Part shown: in pieces, positions 10,876 to 20,900 of the stretch
Numbering within the stretch: position 1 is the stretch's first letter
Layout of the letters: every line of letters starts with the position of its first letter
Made by a program: the position numbers and the translations under genes
The notes under the pieces: generated by a model
Told to the model about the DNA's origin: nothing
Seen by the model: the letters and a program-made list of their open reading frames with translations, nothing else
The model's database searches: none
Origin: Mantamonas sphyraenae STR306
Taxonomy: Eukaryota; Protista; CRuMs
Direction of reading: 5' to 3'
Length of the DNA: 64,000 nt
NCBI GenBank assembly: GCA_026936335.1
Contig: JAPMXV010000031.1
Location: forward strand, 248,001 to 312,000

Positions 10876-13359
10876 TCAGCGTGCGTGTTTTCGCGACACG
10901 GCTTGGCCGCCGAGCGAGCGCACCTGACTCAGGATGGTGGCGTAGGCCTCGTCTCTTCGCAGGACGTAGGCGAATGTAAAGTTTTTGCGATCACTGAGTA
11001 CGATGTCGATGCAGGTTTCCAGGCCCACGTAGGTGCCCTTCTTGATGTACACCACCGACGTCAGCGGGATCACAATGGACACGTTGTCGTCATCCCCACC
11101 CGTGACATTGTCGGCTTCCCACACCAAATGCGTGCCCGTGAGCAGCAGCCATCCTCGCAGCGGGAAGCGGCCCAGAATGCACGAGAAGCGGTCCATGATG
11201 TGTCGCGACGCCCCATCGCCCAGTTGCGCCAAGTACGGTCGCAGGGGATCATACCGCTCCCTCCACGACAACGTCGAAGCCGCTTCCTGTTGATGGCCCT
11301 CGTCGCCGTCATCTCCAGCACTAGGCTCCAGAGGCGGCTGAGTGTCCAACGCCTCGCCCATGTCCAACGGTATGGCCAGCTCGCCACTCAAAAACGCTGG
11401 TGATTCGGCAGCAGCCGCTGCTGCAATGAGGGCACTGGCAGGCGTAGACACTGCCCCCGCGGCGGTGGCATTGTCTGCCACTGTCGGTGTGGCGCCGCTG
11501 TCGAAGCCTCCGTCGTCACTGTCGTCGGCAGAGGGCACGGGCGAGGACCAAGCGGCCTCAGGGGAGCCAATGGGATGGATGCGAAGGGAGCCTTGGAGAA
11601 CGTCGCGCCAATTGTCCAGGAGAAAGGCAAAACAGACCTGAAGGGTGGCGACGGCGTAACCCTGCTTGCCAGTGCCAAGACCCGCGTTCAGGAAACGGTC
11701 CATTTCAAAGAGGTGGACGACGAGGTCGGGTACGCGTGCGTGGACGATGACGTAACACAGCAGTGGGATCACCACGTCGGTGTTGAGCATAAGCTTCTCT
11801 CCGTCCACATCCAGCTCCGGGTCCTCCCGTGTCTTGTCTTGCCAATAGTCCACCACACAATGGTTGATCCATTGCAACGTGGCCACCAGTGCCTCCACCT
11901 TTTCCATGGGTGTTTGCACGTGCCTCAGACAGCTGAACGCAACCACGGCCGCCCTGTATGGCAGGTACGGATCCCACACCTCGCTCTGTGTGTTGCTGTC
12001 GCTGTTTCCGTACACATCATCGCCCACCCCGCCGACAAGTTGCTGTGCCATTTGATTGGCACTGGCACTGCTCACGCTGCGCACGCGTTGGCCCCTCGTG
12101 CCGCCCGTGGGTGTCCCTTTGCTTCTCCTCTTCTTCCCTCCCAGGCGCATGTCCGCCGTGTATGGGTTGTTGTCGTCCACTCGTGCATAGATGAGCACCG
12201 AGGTGACGTCGTCCAAGAATTGCACGCGTTGGTGCACCACGCCGTCGACCAGCCCTGGCTGCCCCACCCCGCGACTGTTCAGCTCCCCGTGGCCCGGCCG
12301 TCCCTCCTGGTCTGTTTTGCGCTTGCGACGTGCTTGGTGCAGGTCAAACTGTCGCAACGACGACGCCACCTGTGCACTGATATCGCTGTCTGGCGTGCCC
12401 AGCCGCTTGCGTCGATCAATGGGTGAACTCACCTCCCACCCGTCCGTCACACTCGACTCCACCTCCAACTTGGCTTCCATGGCCAACTCTGCCTCGTTGC
12501 GCACCCCGCCACTGCTGCTTCCCACGCTCCCCATGCTCCCAATGCTGTCGCTGCTGTTGTTCAGCAGACCCGACAACGACGACGCCGACGAAAACGACCC
12601 GCCCTCCGCCTGGGAAGTGCCTGTTCCTGATACCCCTTGGCCCCCATCCTCGTCTATCCCCTCCTCTTTGCTCCGCTGCGGCTGTTCGTAGCGGTCGTCA
12701 TGCAGACACAGCTCCTCCGGGACGCCGAAATCGGCCGGGGTGCAAAACTGCAGCGCTTCCACCGCGCTGGCGTACTTTTGCACGTCCTCGGCGTGCTATA
12801 CACATACACACCCGACGAGAGTGAAGTGGAGGGCGGCGCATGCGTGTATGCGTCATATGGGTCAGCGACATGGTGTGTGTGTGTGCGTGTATGTGGTGAA
12901 CGAGGGGCAAAAGAAGAGGGTGTGTGATGTGTGGGTGAGGAGACGTACCGCGGCCACAATCAACGAACGCAGCAAAGGGCGCACATGCGGAAACACAATG
13001 GCCTGCATGACGCTGTCAAACATCTCGCTGCGGTCTTTGGAGACACTGGCAGCGTCGTTGACGTTGAAGGTGGCTCGCATGATGAGGGTGTTGAAATCGG
13101 CGAGTTCGCTTGCAAACTGGTCCAGCTTCTTGCGCAGGCTGCGTGTGTTCTCCAGCGGCGAGAACGCGTGCTTGAACATAAAATACTCGCAGGTGCTGGT
13201 GATCACCGGGTTCAGCGGGTGCAGCTGTGACCCCAAATCGGCCAGGTGCACTTGCAGCAGGTCCAGACTTGCGTCCCGTGAACTGACCAGCGTGTACCAC
13301 TCCCGATCGATTTGCTCACACGCCGCAAGCACCTGTTGCATCACTTCGTCACGCGACAT
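10876..13359 (-). CDS. VPS9-domain (Rab5-family GEF) protein with a C-terminal GRAM domain (exons 12949-13359, 10876-12795; the 5' end may extend further)
   Basis: VPS9 motifs TPMEKV...NTDVVIPLLCYVIV...GKQGYAVATL retain the D, P, Y and T residues. GRAM-like FSCILGRFPLRGWLLLTGTHLVW...IPLTSV...FAYVLRRDEAY. Intron 12796-12948 is phase 0. Confidence 0.8.
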
Positions 13360-13711
13360 CCCTTCCCCAGCTTCTTTCTCACACTCTCCGCCCGGTGTGT
13401 GTGTGTGTGTGTATGTGTGTGTGGAGGAAGGATGTCTTGTTGCCTGCCACTGCGCCTCCGTGCCACCGTACGCCTTGCCCCGATCTCCACCCATCACACG
13501 CGTCCCCTGCATCCTCACTCACACTGATAACAGGCACACTTGCGTGCGGAGGACGAGATGAGAGCTGCTTGCTCGACGTGGGATGGAGTTCGGAGGGGCA
13601 GCTCGCTCTCCACCCCAGCCAAACACTTTGCCCGCCCTGTCACACACACACAGGCAACCCACCTCACCCCAAAAACCATAGCACACACAAAGGAAGAAAG
13701 AATAAGACACA

Positions 13712-14314
13712 ATGGGCGACATGGTCACGATGATTGGTGGCGCGCTGACGGGCTTGCTCGCGTTTTGGAGCATGTTTGTGATTTTGCCGCGGCGGAAAGA
13801 TGGCGAAAGCGAGCGACACGCGCAGGAGGCGTGGGCTCGGCACGCAAACACAGTGTGCCTGCGACTGATTGCATTTGGGTCATTGCACATGCTGTCGTGG
13901 CTGTTTGAGCTTGTGAGCGGCGAGGCAACGGTGTACAACGAGTTGCTGGCCTTTGTCATCCTGCTGCTGCTGGTGGGCCTCTCTGCCATCCAGGCACACA
14001 TGCATGGCCAACACTGGCGCAAGCCACAGCGCAACGACAGACAGGTGTACAAGGAGGCCAAGGTGTTGGCCCTGGTGTTGAGCTTTGCCGTCGCCGCACG
14101 TCTTTCCCTCAGCCCCGAACTGGCAGACTTTGTCAGCTCCGCCTATGTCACAGCCGTCATCTTTGCCGTGTTTTACTACGGCCTTGTCTACCACGACTCC
14201 TATCAGGGCTTTGGTGGCATGGCCAGCTTTGTCACACAGTTTACCCGCCACCTTCGTGTCGACCCGTCCTCCACAGTGTCCACCATGCCCCCCACAGAAA
14301 TCAAGAGTCAGTGA
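13712..14314 (+). CDS. Uncharacterised multipass membrane protein (200 aa)
   Basis: Clean ATG-TGA ORF with about 5 hydrophobic segments and coding-like codon usage. Confidence 0.7.
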   Translation: MGDMVTMIGGALTGLLAFWSMFVILPRRKDGESERHAQEAWARHANTVCLRLIAFGSLHMLSWLFELVSGEATVYNELLAFVILLLLVGLSAIQAHMHGQHWRKPQRNDRQVYKEAKVLALVLSFAVAARLSLSPELADFVSSAYVTAVIFAVFYYGLVYHDSYQGFGGMASFVTQFTRHLRVDPSSTVSTMPPTEIKSQ

Positions 14315-14414
14315 GGAAGGTGAAGAACGGTGGTTCCTGGTCCAACCGCCCCCCCCCCCCCCCTCGGGAGGGTGTGAAGCAGCAAAGGAGGGGGGATTGA
14401 AGAAGAAATGACAC

Positions 14415-16373
14415 TCATTCGTCGTCGCCCTTGCCCACACCGACACCATTGGATGCAGCCACCAGCTGCTCGTCGACCGCCTCTTGATACAACGCAAACT
14501 GACTGGCCATGACGGCGCGATATTGGCCGCCCTTGTCTTGCATCAGATCTGTGTGGGTGCCCGTTTGCACGATTCGGCCTCGGTCCATGACAACAAGCAT
14601 GTCTGCGTCCTTGACAGTGGCCAACCGGTGGGCCACAATCAGCGTGGTGCGTCCCTGTTCCACCTTTTCCAGGGCTGCCTGCACAATGGCTTCGCTTTCG
14701 CCGTCCAAGGCACTGGAGACCTCGTCCAGGAGCAGAATGGGAGGATTCTTCAGCAGGACGCGTGCAATGGCAACCAATTGCTTCTGGCCGCCGCTCAGCG
14801 TGACTCCCTTTTCGCCACACTGTGTGTGGTATCCCTTTGGCAAGCGGGACACAAACGTGTCGCAGTTGGCCATCTGGGCAGCAGCAATCACTTCCTCGTC
14901 TGTGGCTCCCGGGTTGCCGTAGCGGATGTTCTCCATGATGCTCAGTGCAAACAGAGCAGGCTCCTGTTCGACCATGCCCACCTGCTTGCGCAGCCATTCT
15001 GGGTCGTAGTCGGCCACATTGGTGCCCGCCAGGAGCACCGCACCGCCCTGTACGTCGTACATGCGTGACACCAACTTGAGCAAAGTCGACTTGCCACTGC
15101 CGCTGTGGCCCACAAAGGCACACCGAGTGCCTGCCGGGATGTGCAGCGAGAGGGATGGCAGTACCACGACGTCGGGACGCGTCGGATAGCAAAAGTGGAC
15201 GTCTTCAAAGTCAATGTCACCGGAAGCCTGTTGCGGGGTGCCTTGCACACCGCCTTGGATGTTCATGCGCGGTGCACGTTGAATGATGGCAATGATCCGT
15301 TCTGCGCTGCCCAACATCTTGGCCATCTCGGGCAGAATGGAGATGAGCGACAGCAGCGCAAACACCGTGTTCATGGCCAGGAACACAAACTCAAACATTT
15401 GGCCCACAGACAGCTTGCCGTCGATGATGAGGGTGGCGCCGTACCACAACCCGGCCAGAAACGACGCAAACAAGCACATGTCAATCAGCGACTCAAACAC
15501 AGACTCGACCAGATACTTGCGACGCGCCACACGGAACTGTTCCTGCACAATGGAAGCGTAGCGACGATGCTCCTCGCGCTCACGGCCAAACGAGCGCACG
15601 GTGCGGATCAGCGAGACAATCTCCTCCGCAGCCGCGCCGGCCTTGGCCAGCAGATCGAGACAGCGCTTCTGCAGACGCTCCACAAGGCTGCCCTGGAAGA
15701 AGAGAAAGAGGGCAGAGAGCGGAGTGAGGCTGAACATGACCAGCGTGAGCTCCCAGCTGAGGTTGAACATCAGGACAACCCCCACGCCGGCAATGGCAAC
15801 GTTGGAGGCAAACCAGTTGACTTGGCCCGACAAAGAGTCTTGCACTTCGTTTGTGTCTGTGTTAAGCCGCGACACCAGAGACCCTGTCTTGGTGGCGTCG
15901 AAAAATCCGATTTCCTGAGAAATTGCCGCCTGGAAGATCTGCTCTCGTAGCCGGGCTGCAAACGCCTCCCCGTTCACGTCGAACACATAGTTGCCCAGGC
16001 CATCCAGTAGACTAAAGGAACCAAAAAGGACGCCAATGTGAAGCACCGCCTGCCACAGGAGGGCGTTTCGTTGATCTGCTGGAGCCTGTGTGGCATCGAT
16101 CAGCTTCCCGTACTGCTGGTTGGCGGCCTGGAAAGCCAGACCGGCAGCTGTCACCAAAAGAAAGGCAACAATGTACTGGGGAATCTCTGGGCGAGCCAGG
16201 CGCATGAGGACCAGCAGTGTTTGCCCAAGGGGCTCTTTCGGCCCATCTTCCGAGGACGACGAGGACGACGAGGACGACGAAGCTTGGCTCTTGACGTCGT
16301 CCTCATCTGCGTTGATGGCAAAGGACGACGCAGGCGAAGGTTCCAGAAGCCTGGACTTTTCGTCTGCGAGCAT
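14415..16373 (-). CDS. ABC transporter subfamily B half-transporter (TAP/ABCB9/ABCB10-like)
   Basis: TMD with QEIGFFD and IRTVRSF; Walker A GHSGSGKST; signature LSGGQKQ; Walker B ILLLDE; H-loop IVAHRL. Start placed at MLADEKSRLL (16373). Confidence 0.93.
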   Translation of the reverse strand: MLADEKSRLLEPSPASSFAINADEDDVKSQASSSSSSSSSSEDGPKEPLGQTLLVLMRLARPEIPQYIVAFLLVTAAGLAFQAANQQYGKLIDATQAPADQRNALLWQAVLHIGVLFGSFSLLDGLGNYVFDVNGEAFAARLREQIFQAAISQEIGFFDATKTGSLVSRLNTDTNEVQDSLSGQVNWFASNVAIAGVGVVLMFNLSWELTLVMFSLTPLSALFLFFQGSLVERLQKRCLDLLAKAGAAAEEIVSLIRTVRSFGREREEHRRYASIVQEQFRVARRKYLVESVFESLIDMCLFASFLAGLWYGATLIIDGKLSVGQMFEFVFLAMNTVFALLSLISILPEMAKMLGSAERIIAIIQRAPRMNIQGGVQGTPQQASGDIDFEDVHFCYPTRPDVVVLPSLSLHIPAGTRCAFVGHSGSGKSTLLKLVSRMYDVQGGAVLLAGTNVADYDPEWLRKQVGMVEQEPALFALSIMENIRYGNPGATDEEVIAAAQMANCDTFVSRLPKGYHTQCGEKGVTLSGGQKQLVAIARVLLKNPPILLLDEVSSALDGESEAIVQAALEKVEQGRTTLIVAHRLATVKDADMLVVMDRGRIVQTGTHTDLMQDKGGQYRAVMASQFALYQEAVDEQLVAASNGVGVGKGDDE

Positions 16374-16431
16374 TGGGGTGGGGGAGTAGTGATGCGATGC
16401 GCTGCGCTGGCCAGCCCAGCGCACCATTGCC

Positions 16432-17880
16432 ATGTTCTGGGTCTTTGGCCGCAAAAAGGCAGCGTACGAAGTGGACGAGGACGAAGAGGATGAGCAAGAC
16501 GCTGGGGACCAACTCAAAGACACGGGGAAGGGCAAGGGGGGCAGCGTGGAGACGGAGGAGAACAACCTGGACGACAACAACGACGGCATCAGCGACGCCA
16601 CACGACGCAACGCCCTGCACACAGCGACATACCTGACACAATACTATGCCAACTTGCTTGCGTACCACAACGGGCGCCGTCTGCGGCGTGTGCAGATGGA
16701 AGAGCGGCTGGAGGAGCTTGGAGCAAGCGAGGAAGTTCGCAAGGCGGCGCTGGAGGAGCTTCTGGACATGGAATCTGTGCACCTGCGTTTGAAGCGCAAA
16801 CGAAGCACTGTAAATGACTATTCGGTGTTGAGTAAGCTGGGGGAGGGTGCGTATGGGGCGGTGAGTGTGGCCATCAACCGCGACACCGGAGCTGTGGTGG
16901 CGCTGAAGGAGATTCAGAAGGCCCATCTGCTGGAGATGGGACGCGATTTGGACAGCGTCCTCATGGAACGGGACGTGTTGATGGCCGTGTCTGCGTCACG
17001 ACGTATGGTGCGGTTGTACGACGCGTTCCAGTCCCGGGATGCCCTCTTTCTTGCCATGGAGTTTTGTGCTGGGGGAAACCTGCGCACGCTGCTCAACAAC
17101 ATTGTGCTGTTGCACGAGGAGCACGCACGCGTGTACATGGTGGAGCTCATTGCCTGTGTGCAGGAGCTGCACAAGGCTGGATTTGTGCACCTCGATCTCA
17201 AGCCCGAAAACGTCATGATCAGCAAGACCGGCCATCTCAAGCTGACCGACTTTGGCCTCAGCAGACCTGTCGGTGCAAGTGTCTCGACGGCTGTTGGCTC
17301 CCCTCAGTACATTGCACCAGAGTTGCTGCAGGGGGAAGAGACACAAATCACCGCGGCTGCCGACTGGTGGTCTGTGGGTGTCCTCATGTACGAAATGCTG
17401 ACGGGTTTTGTGCCTTTTGACGGTCGTACACCCCAGGATGTGTTTCAAGAGGTGCTGGACAGCGAGAATGTGCTGCAGCGCCCAGAGAGCAACGACGACA
17501 CCGTCCCATCCATGAGCGACATGGCGTGGACGCTGATCTGGGGCATGCTTCGTCCAGACCCCAACGAGCGGTTCACCGTCGACGCCATTTGCAACCATCC
17601 CTTTTTCGATGGAGTGGACTTTGAAGCTCGCCATCCTGCCTTGTTTGTGCCCCGATTGGCCAACGAGCTTGATCTCGCGTACTTTTCCGACGTCGACCAG
17701 GATGGCATGCCAAGTTTGACCCTGGAGAATGTCATTCTGGGCGATGCGGTCGACACAAGCTTCTCCGGCTCGGGCACATTCGGTCGTAGTGCTACGCTGC
17801 GAGTCAAGGGCTTCACCATGAAGAATGTCAACTTTGACGTCGCCGAGATCATTTCGCAGCTTGGGCTGGCGCGCGGGTGA
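16432..17880 (+). CDS. AGC kinase of the NDR/LATS/Dbf2-Sid2 type
   Basis: MOB-binding-like N-terminal region YLTQYYANLLAY...RR..R...E...LRLKR; GEGAYG; VALK; HLDLKPEN; DFGLS; VGSPQYIAPE; hydrophobic motif VKGFTMK. Confidence 0.88.
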   Translation: MFWVFGRKKAAYEVDEDEEDEQDAGDQLKDTGKGKGGSVETEENNLDDNNDGISDATRRNALHTATYLTQYYANLLAYHNGRRLRRVQMEERLEELGASEEVRKAALEELLDMESVHLRLKRKRSTVNDYSVLSKLGEGAYGAVSVAINRDTGAVVALKEIQKAHLLEMGRDLDSVLMERDVLMAVSASRRMVRLYDAFQSRDALFLAMEFCAGGNLRTLLNNIVLLHEEHARVYMVELIACVQELHKAGFVHLDLKPENVMISKTGHLKLTDFGLSRPVGASVSTAVGSPQYIAPELLQGEETQITAAADWWSVGVLMYEMLTGFVPFDGRTPQDVFQEVLDSENVLQRPESNDDTVPSMSDMAWTLIWGMLRPDPNERFTVDAICNHPFFDGVDFEARHPALFVPRLANELDLAYFSDVDQDGMPSLTLENVILGDAVDTSFSGSGTFGRSATLRVKGFTMKNVNFDVAEIISQLGLARG

Positions 17881-17902
17881 ATTCATGTCCATTTTGCATT
17901 CT

Positions 17903-20900
17903 TCACAGCTCATCCAGCTCCAACTCTTCATCATCCGTCGTTTCCTTCTTGCCCAATCCAAGTGCCATTGCACCGCGACGTGAGATCGTAGTGAACCGGC
18001 GCCGCAACGCACTTTGCTCCACCCCAAGCAGGCGCAGAATCTCCAACAACACACAGTCCTTGTTTCGATTTGCGTAGCTCAACAAGGCAGAAAACTCATC
18101 CTCTTGCACCACCTTCTTGGCTCTCTCCATGTCCTGTACCGCTGGTCGCTTCTTGGCGTCCTTCACAAGCTCCACTTCCTTCACCGCAGCCTCCAACTGC
18201 TCCACACTCAACGAATCACTCGCAATGGCATCCAGCTTCCCATGCGCATCTTCACGCAGCAATGGACGCACCGCTGCCTTGAAGTCTTCCAACGCACTCG
18301 CTTTCGTTTGGTCTGCCGTGCTTTCTCGGTGCCGCTCCTGTACCCCGTTCCAGACGTCCCTTCCAACATACCACACACACACCACAATCACACTCACAGC
18401 TACCACCATTGTGAGGTTGCTCCACTGTTGGGTCCCCTTTGCATCGCTCCCTGTCACAAACACCATCCCGGCAACAAGCAACAACAACGACTCTACAAGC
18501 AGAATACTCTCCAGGTTGTTCTGCATCGATGTCTTGTACGGCGTGTACGACGCCTGGATGAATGTCGCCCCACCAAGCACAACCAACCCCAACAGCCCCT
18601 GCAGCGCCGGCAGCGTCGTGGCAAACAGCTTCACTCCCACCACAGCTGCCTTGCGCAGCAGTACCATCGCCTCAAACCAGAAAAAGTGTGGGCCGTACTT
18701 GTTGAAGATCGTCGAGTACCGCTGCTGGAACGACTCGTCTCGCCGCTTCTCCGCATCTCGAGAGTTCAACATGACGCCCAGGAACACTGCCGGTGTGCCC
18801 AACACGTACAACAGTCCAAACAACACTGCAGGTCCCACCAACCTCGCATGCATCCCTCCGTCCAGCCAGCACTGCACATCCGGTGCCACGTCCATCACAC
18901 TCACTCCTTGTTGCACCTCGGTGCAGTCAAACACCTCCAGCACACGTGTGCACAGTGTGATGTACAGCAATCCCATGCTGAACAGCATCTCGTTCACCAG
19001 GTACCGCCACGTCTCCTCGTCCACCGCCGACGACTCTGTAAACAGACACGATACGTTGTACCGCACCAGTTCCAGCACAAAACGCCACTTGGGCAGCTGT
19101 GCATCTGGTGGCGCACAAAACTGTGCATGGGCCACACGGAACTCATCTCCATGCTTCGTCACCCACTTGTCTTGCAGATACTGGCCCAGCACACGCAGCA
19201 TCAGTCCCGCCACAAGCATCACAGGAAGCATCATCGTGATCCAGAATCGTGTTTCGGCCGTCCATCCCTCCGTCACAGAACACTCGGGCGCAGCCGTGTC
19301 GATGTTAAAGTTGGCCAACGAAAACGTGTTGAACACAGCCTGCACCTCCGAGGGCCAGTTGAGACGATACTCACCAAACGTGCTCATCACCTGCAGATGG
19401 GTGATGGCCAGTGCTGCCACCTTGCCCGTCTTCTTCTTCTTCTCGACACGCACCTGACGCCGTACAAAGAACAGGTACAGCACAAACAGGATGACCAGCA
19501 GCACAACCGTACCCCCCGACCCCTGTCGACACTGCTGACATGTGTCCCCAAGCTTGTAGAACCCAGTGTCACACGTGCCACACAACGTACCCTTGTAGCC
19601 CGTGGCACATGCTGAAGAGTTGCCACCCAGACACGCAGATGCCACCGCGCACTGCACAAACCGCAGCTCGGTGCCAACGCCCGTCGCATAGAAGCCCTTC
19701 TGCGGCACAGGTTGCGCCAGGCGACCCAAGCACACTGCATTCACAGGGCACTCCTGGCACGGGAACCCTGCCTGGCCGTCTGCTCTGTAAAAGTTGGGCA
19801 AACACTGGCAATGCGTGATCGACGTCGGCGTCGACAGGATGGAATCTGTGTTGGTGGGACACACCAGTGTTTCAAGCAGCACTTTGAACTGGATTCCCGT
19901 GCTTGATCCATCCCAGTGTTGGCCCCCGTCCAAGCTGACTTCCACAAGGTACTCTCCCTGTGCATGCGACGCAGGCGACTGGAACACAATCTGTGTTGCC
20001 GTCACACTCGTGGGTGTAAAGATGTTGCCTGTGCCGAGTTGGATCTGCACATAGCCCGTGTCGATGAAGCCCGTGCCCGAGATGACCACTTGTGTGTTCA
20101 CTCCTGGGTCCTTGCGCACGGGATCGACCCCACTCACCACAGGGTCGGGATACGCCGTCAGCTTCAGTCCAGTGTCTACCCAGTCAATGCCATTCAGAGC
20201 CACCCACACGTCCAGCGTCGCCACAGCTCCACTCGTGCGCTTGTATGCGCTCATGGTCGCTGTGATGGTGTCGCTTGTGGTCGTGGCAGATACCACTGAT
20301 GACTGCCATCCTTCGCCGTCCTGGTACCGCACGCGTGTGGCGTCTGTCACTTGTGCAAACCGTCCCGTCAGCATCATGGTCGTGCCACCGCCCAGCGGCA
20401 TCACGTTGGGGATGCTCGCGTTGAGCACAGGCTGCGTGTACGCACGTACAACGCGTCCGCTGCTGCTCCATGTGGCTCCTCCGTTGGTGCTCACCTCCAC
20501 ACCCACGTCTGCGTGCACACCGCTTCCACCCAGTGTCACCTTGCCCGACAGAGACGGAGTCGTAAACACCACCGGGGTCCCACTTACTGTCAGGTACGTC
20601 GCCGGTGTGCTCTTGATCCACACGCGCAATGAACCTGCCACCCCCGGCGCATCCATGATGTTGTTCCCGCTCATGGTCACTGTGGTGCCGCCGCTCAAAG
20701 GTACGGATGCCGGTGAAAACCCATCCACCGTCGGTTCCACAGTCACAAACGTCGCTTGTCCCGCTGCTGTAAACTGGCTCTCCGAGAGCTGTCCGTTCAG
20801 TGATACCTGTACTTCTGCTGTTCCTGCTGGCAGCGATGGTGCCGTACACGTGATCGAGCTGCTGCTCACAAACACACCGTCCACAACCTGTGCGTTGAAG

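Noticed and set aside
16374-16622. Extended ABC N-terminus resembling a mitochondrial presequence (MCRALRRVASL...)
   Set aside because: It begins at a non-ATG codon and is the antisense of the kinase's acidic N-terminus; the downstream ATG with a dileucine motif is more plausible.
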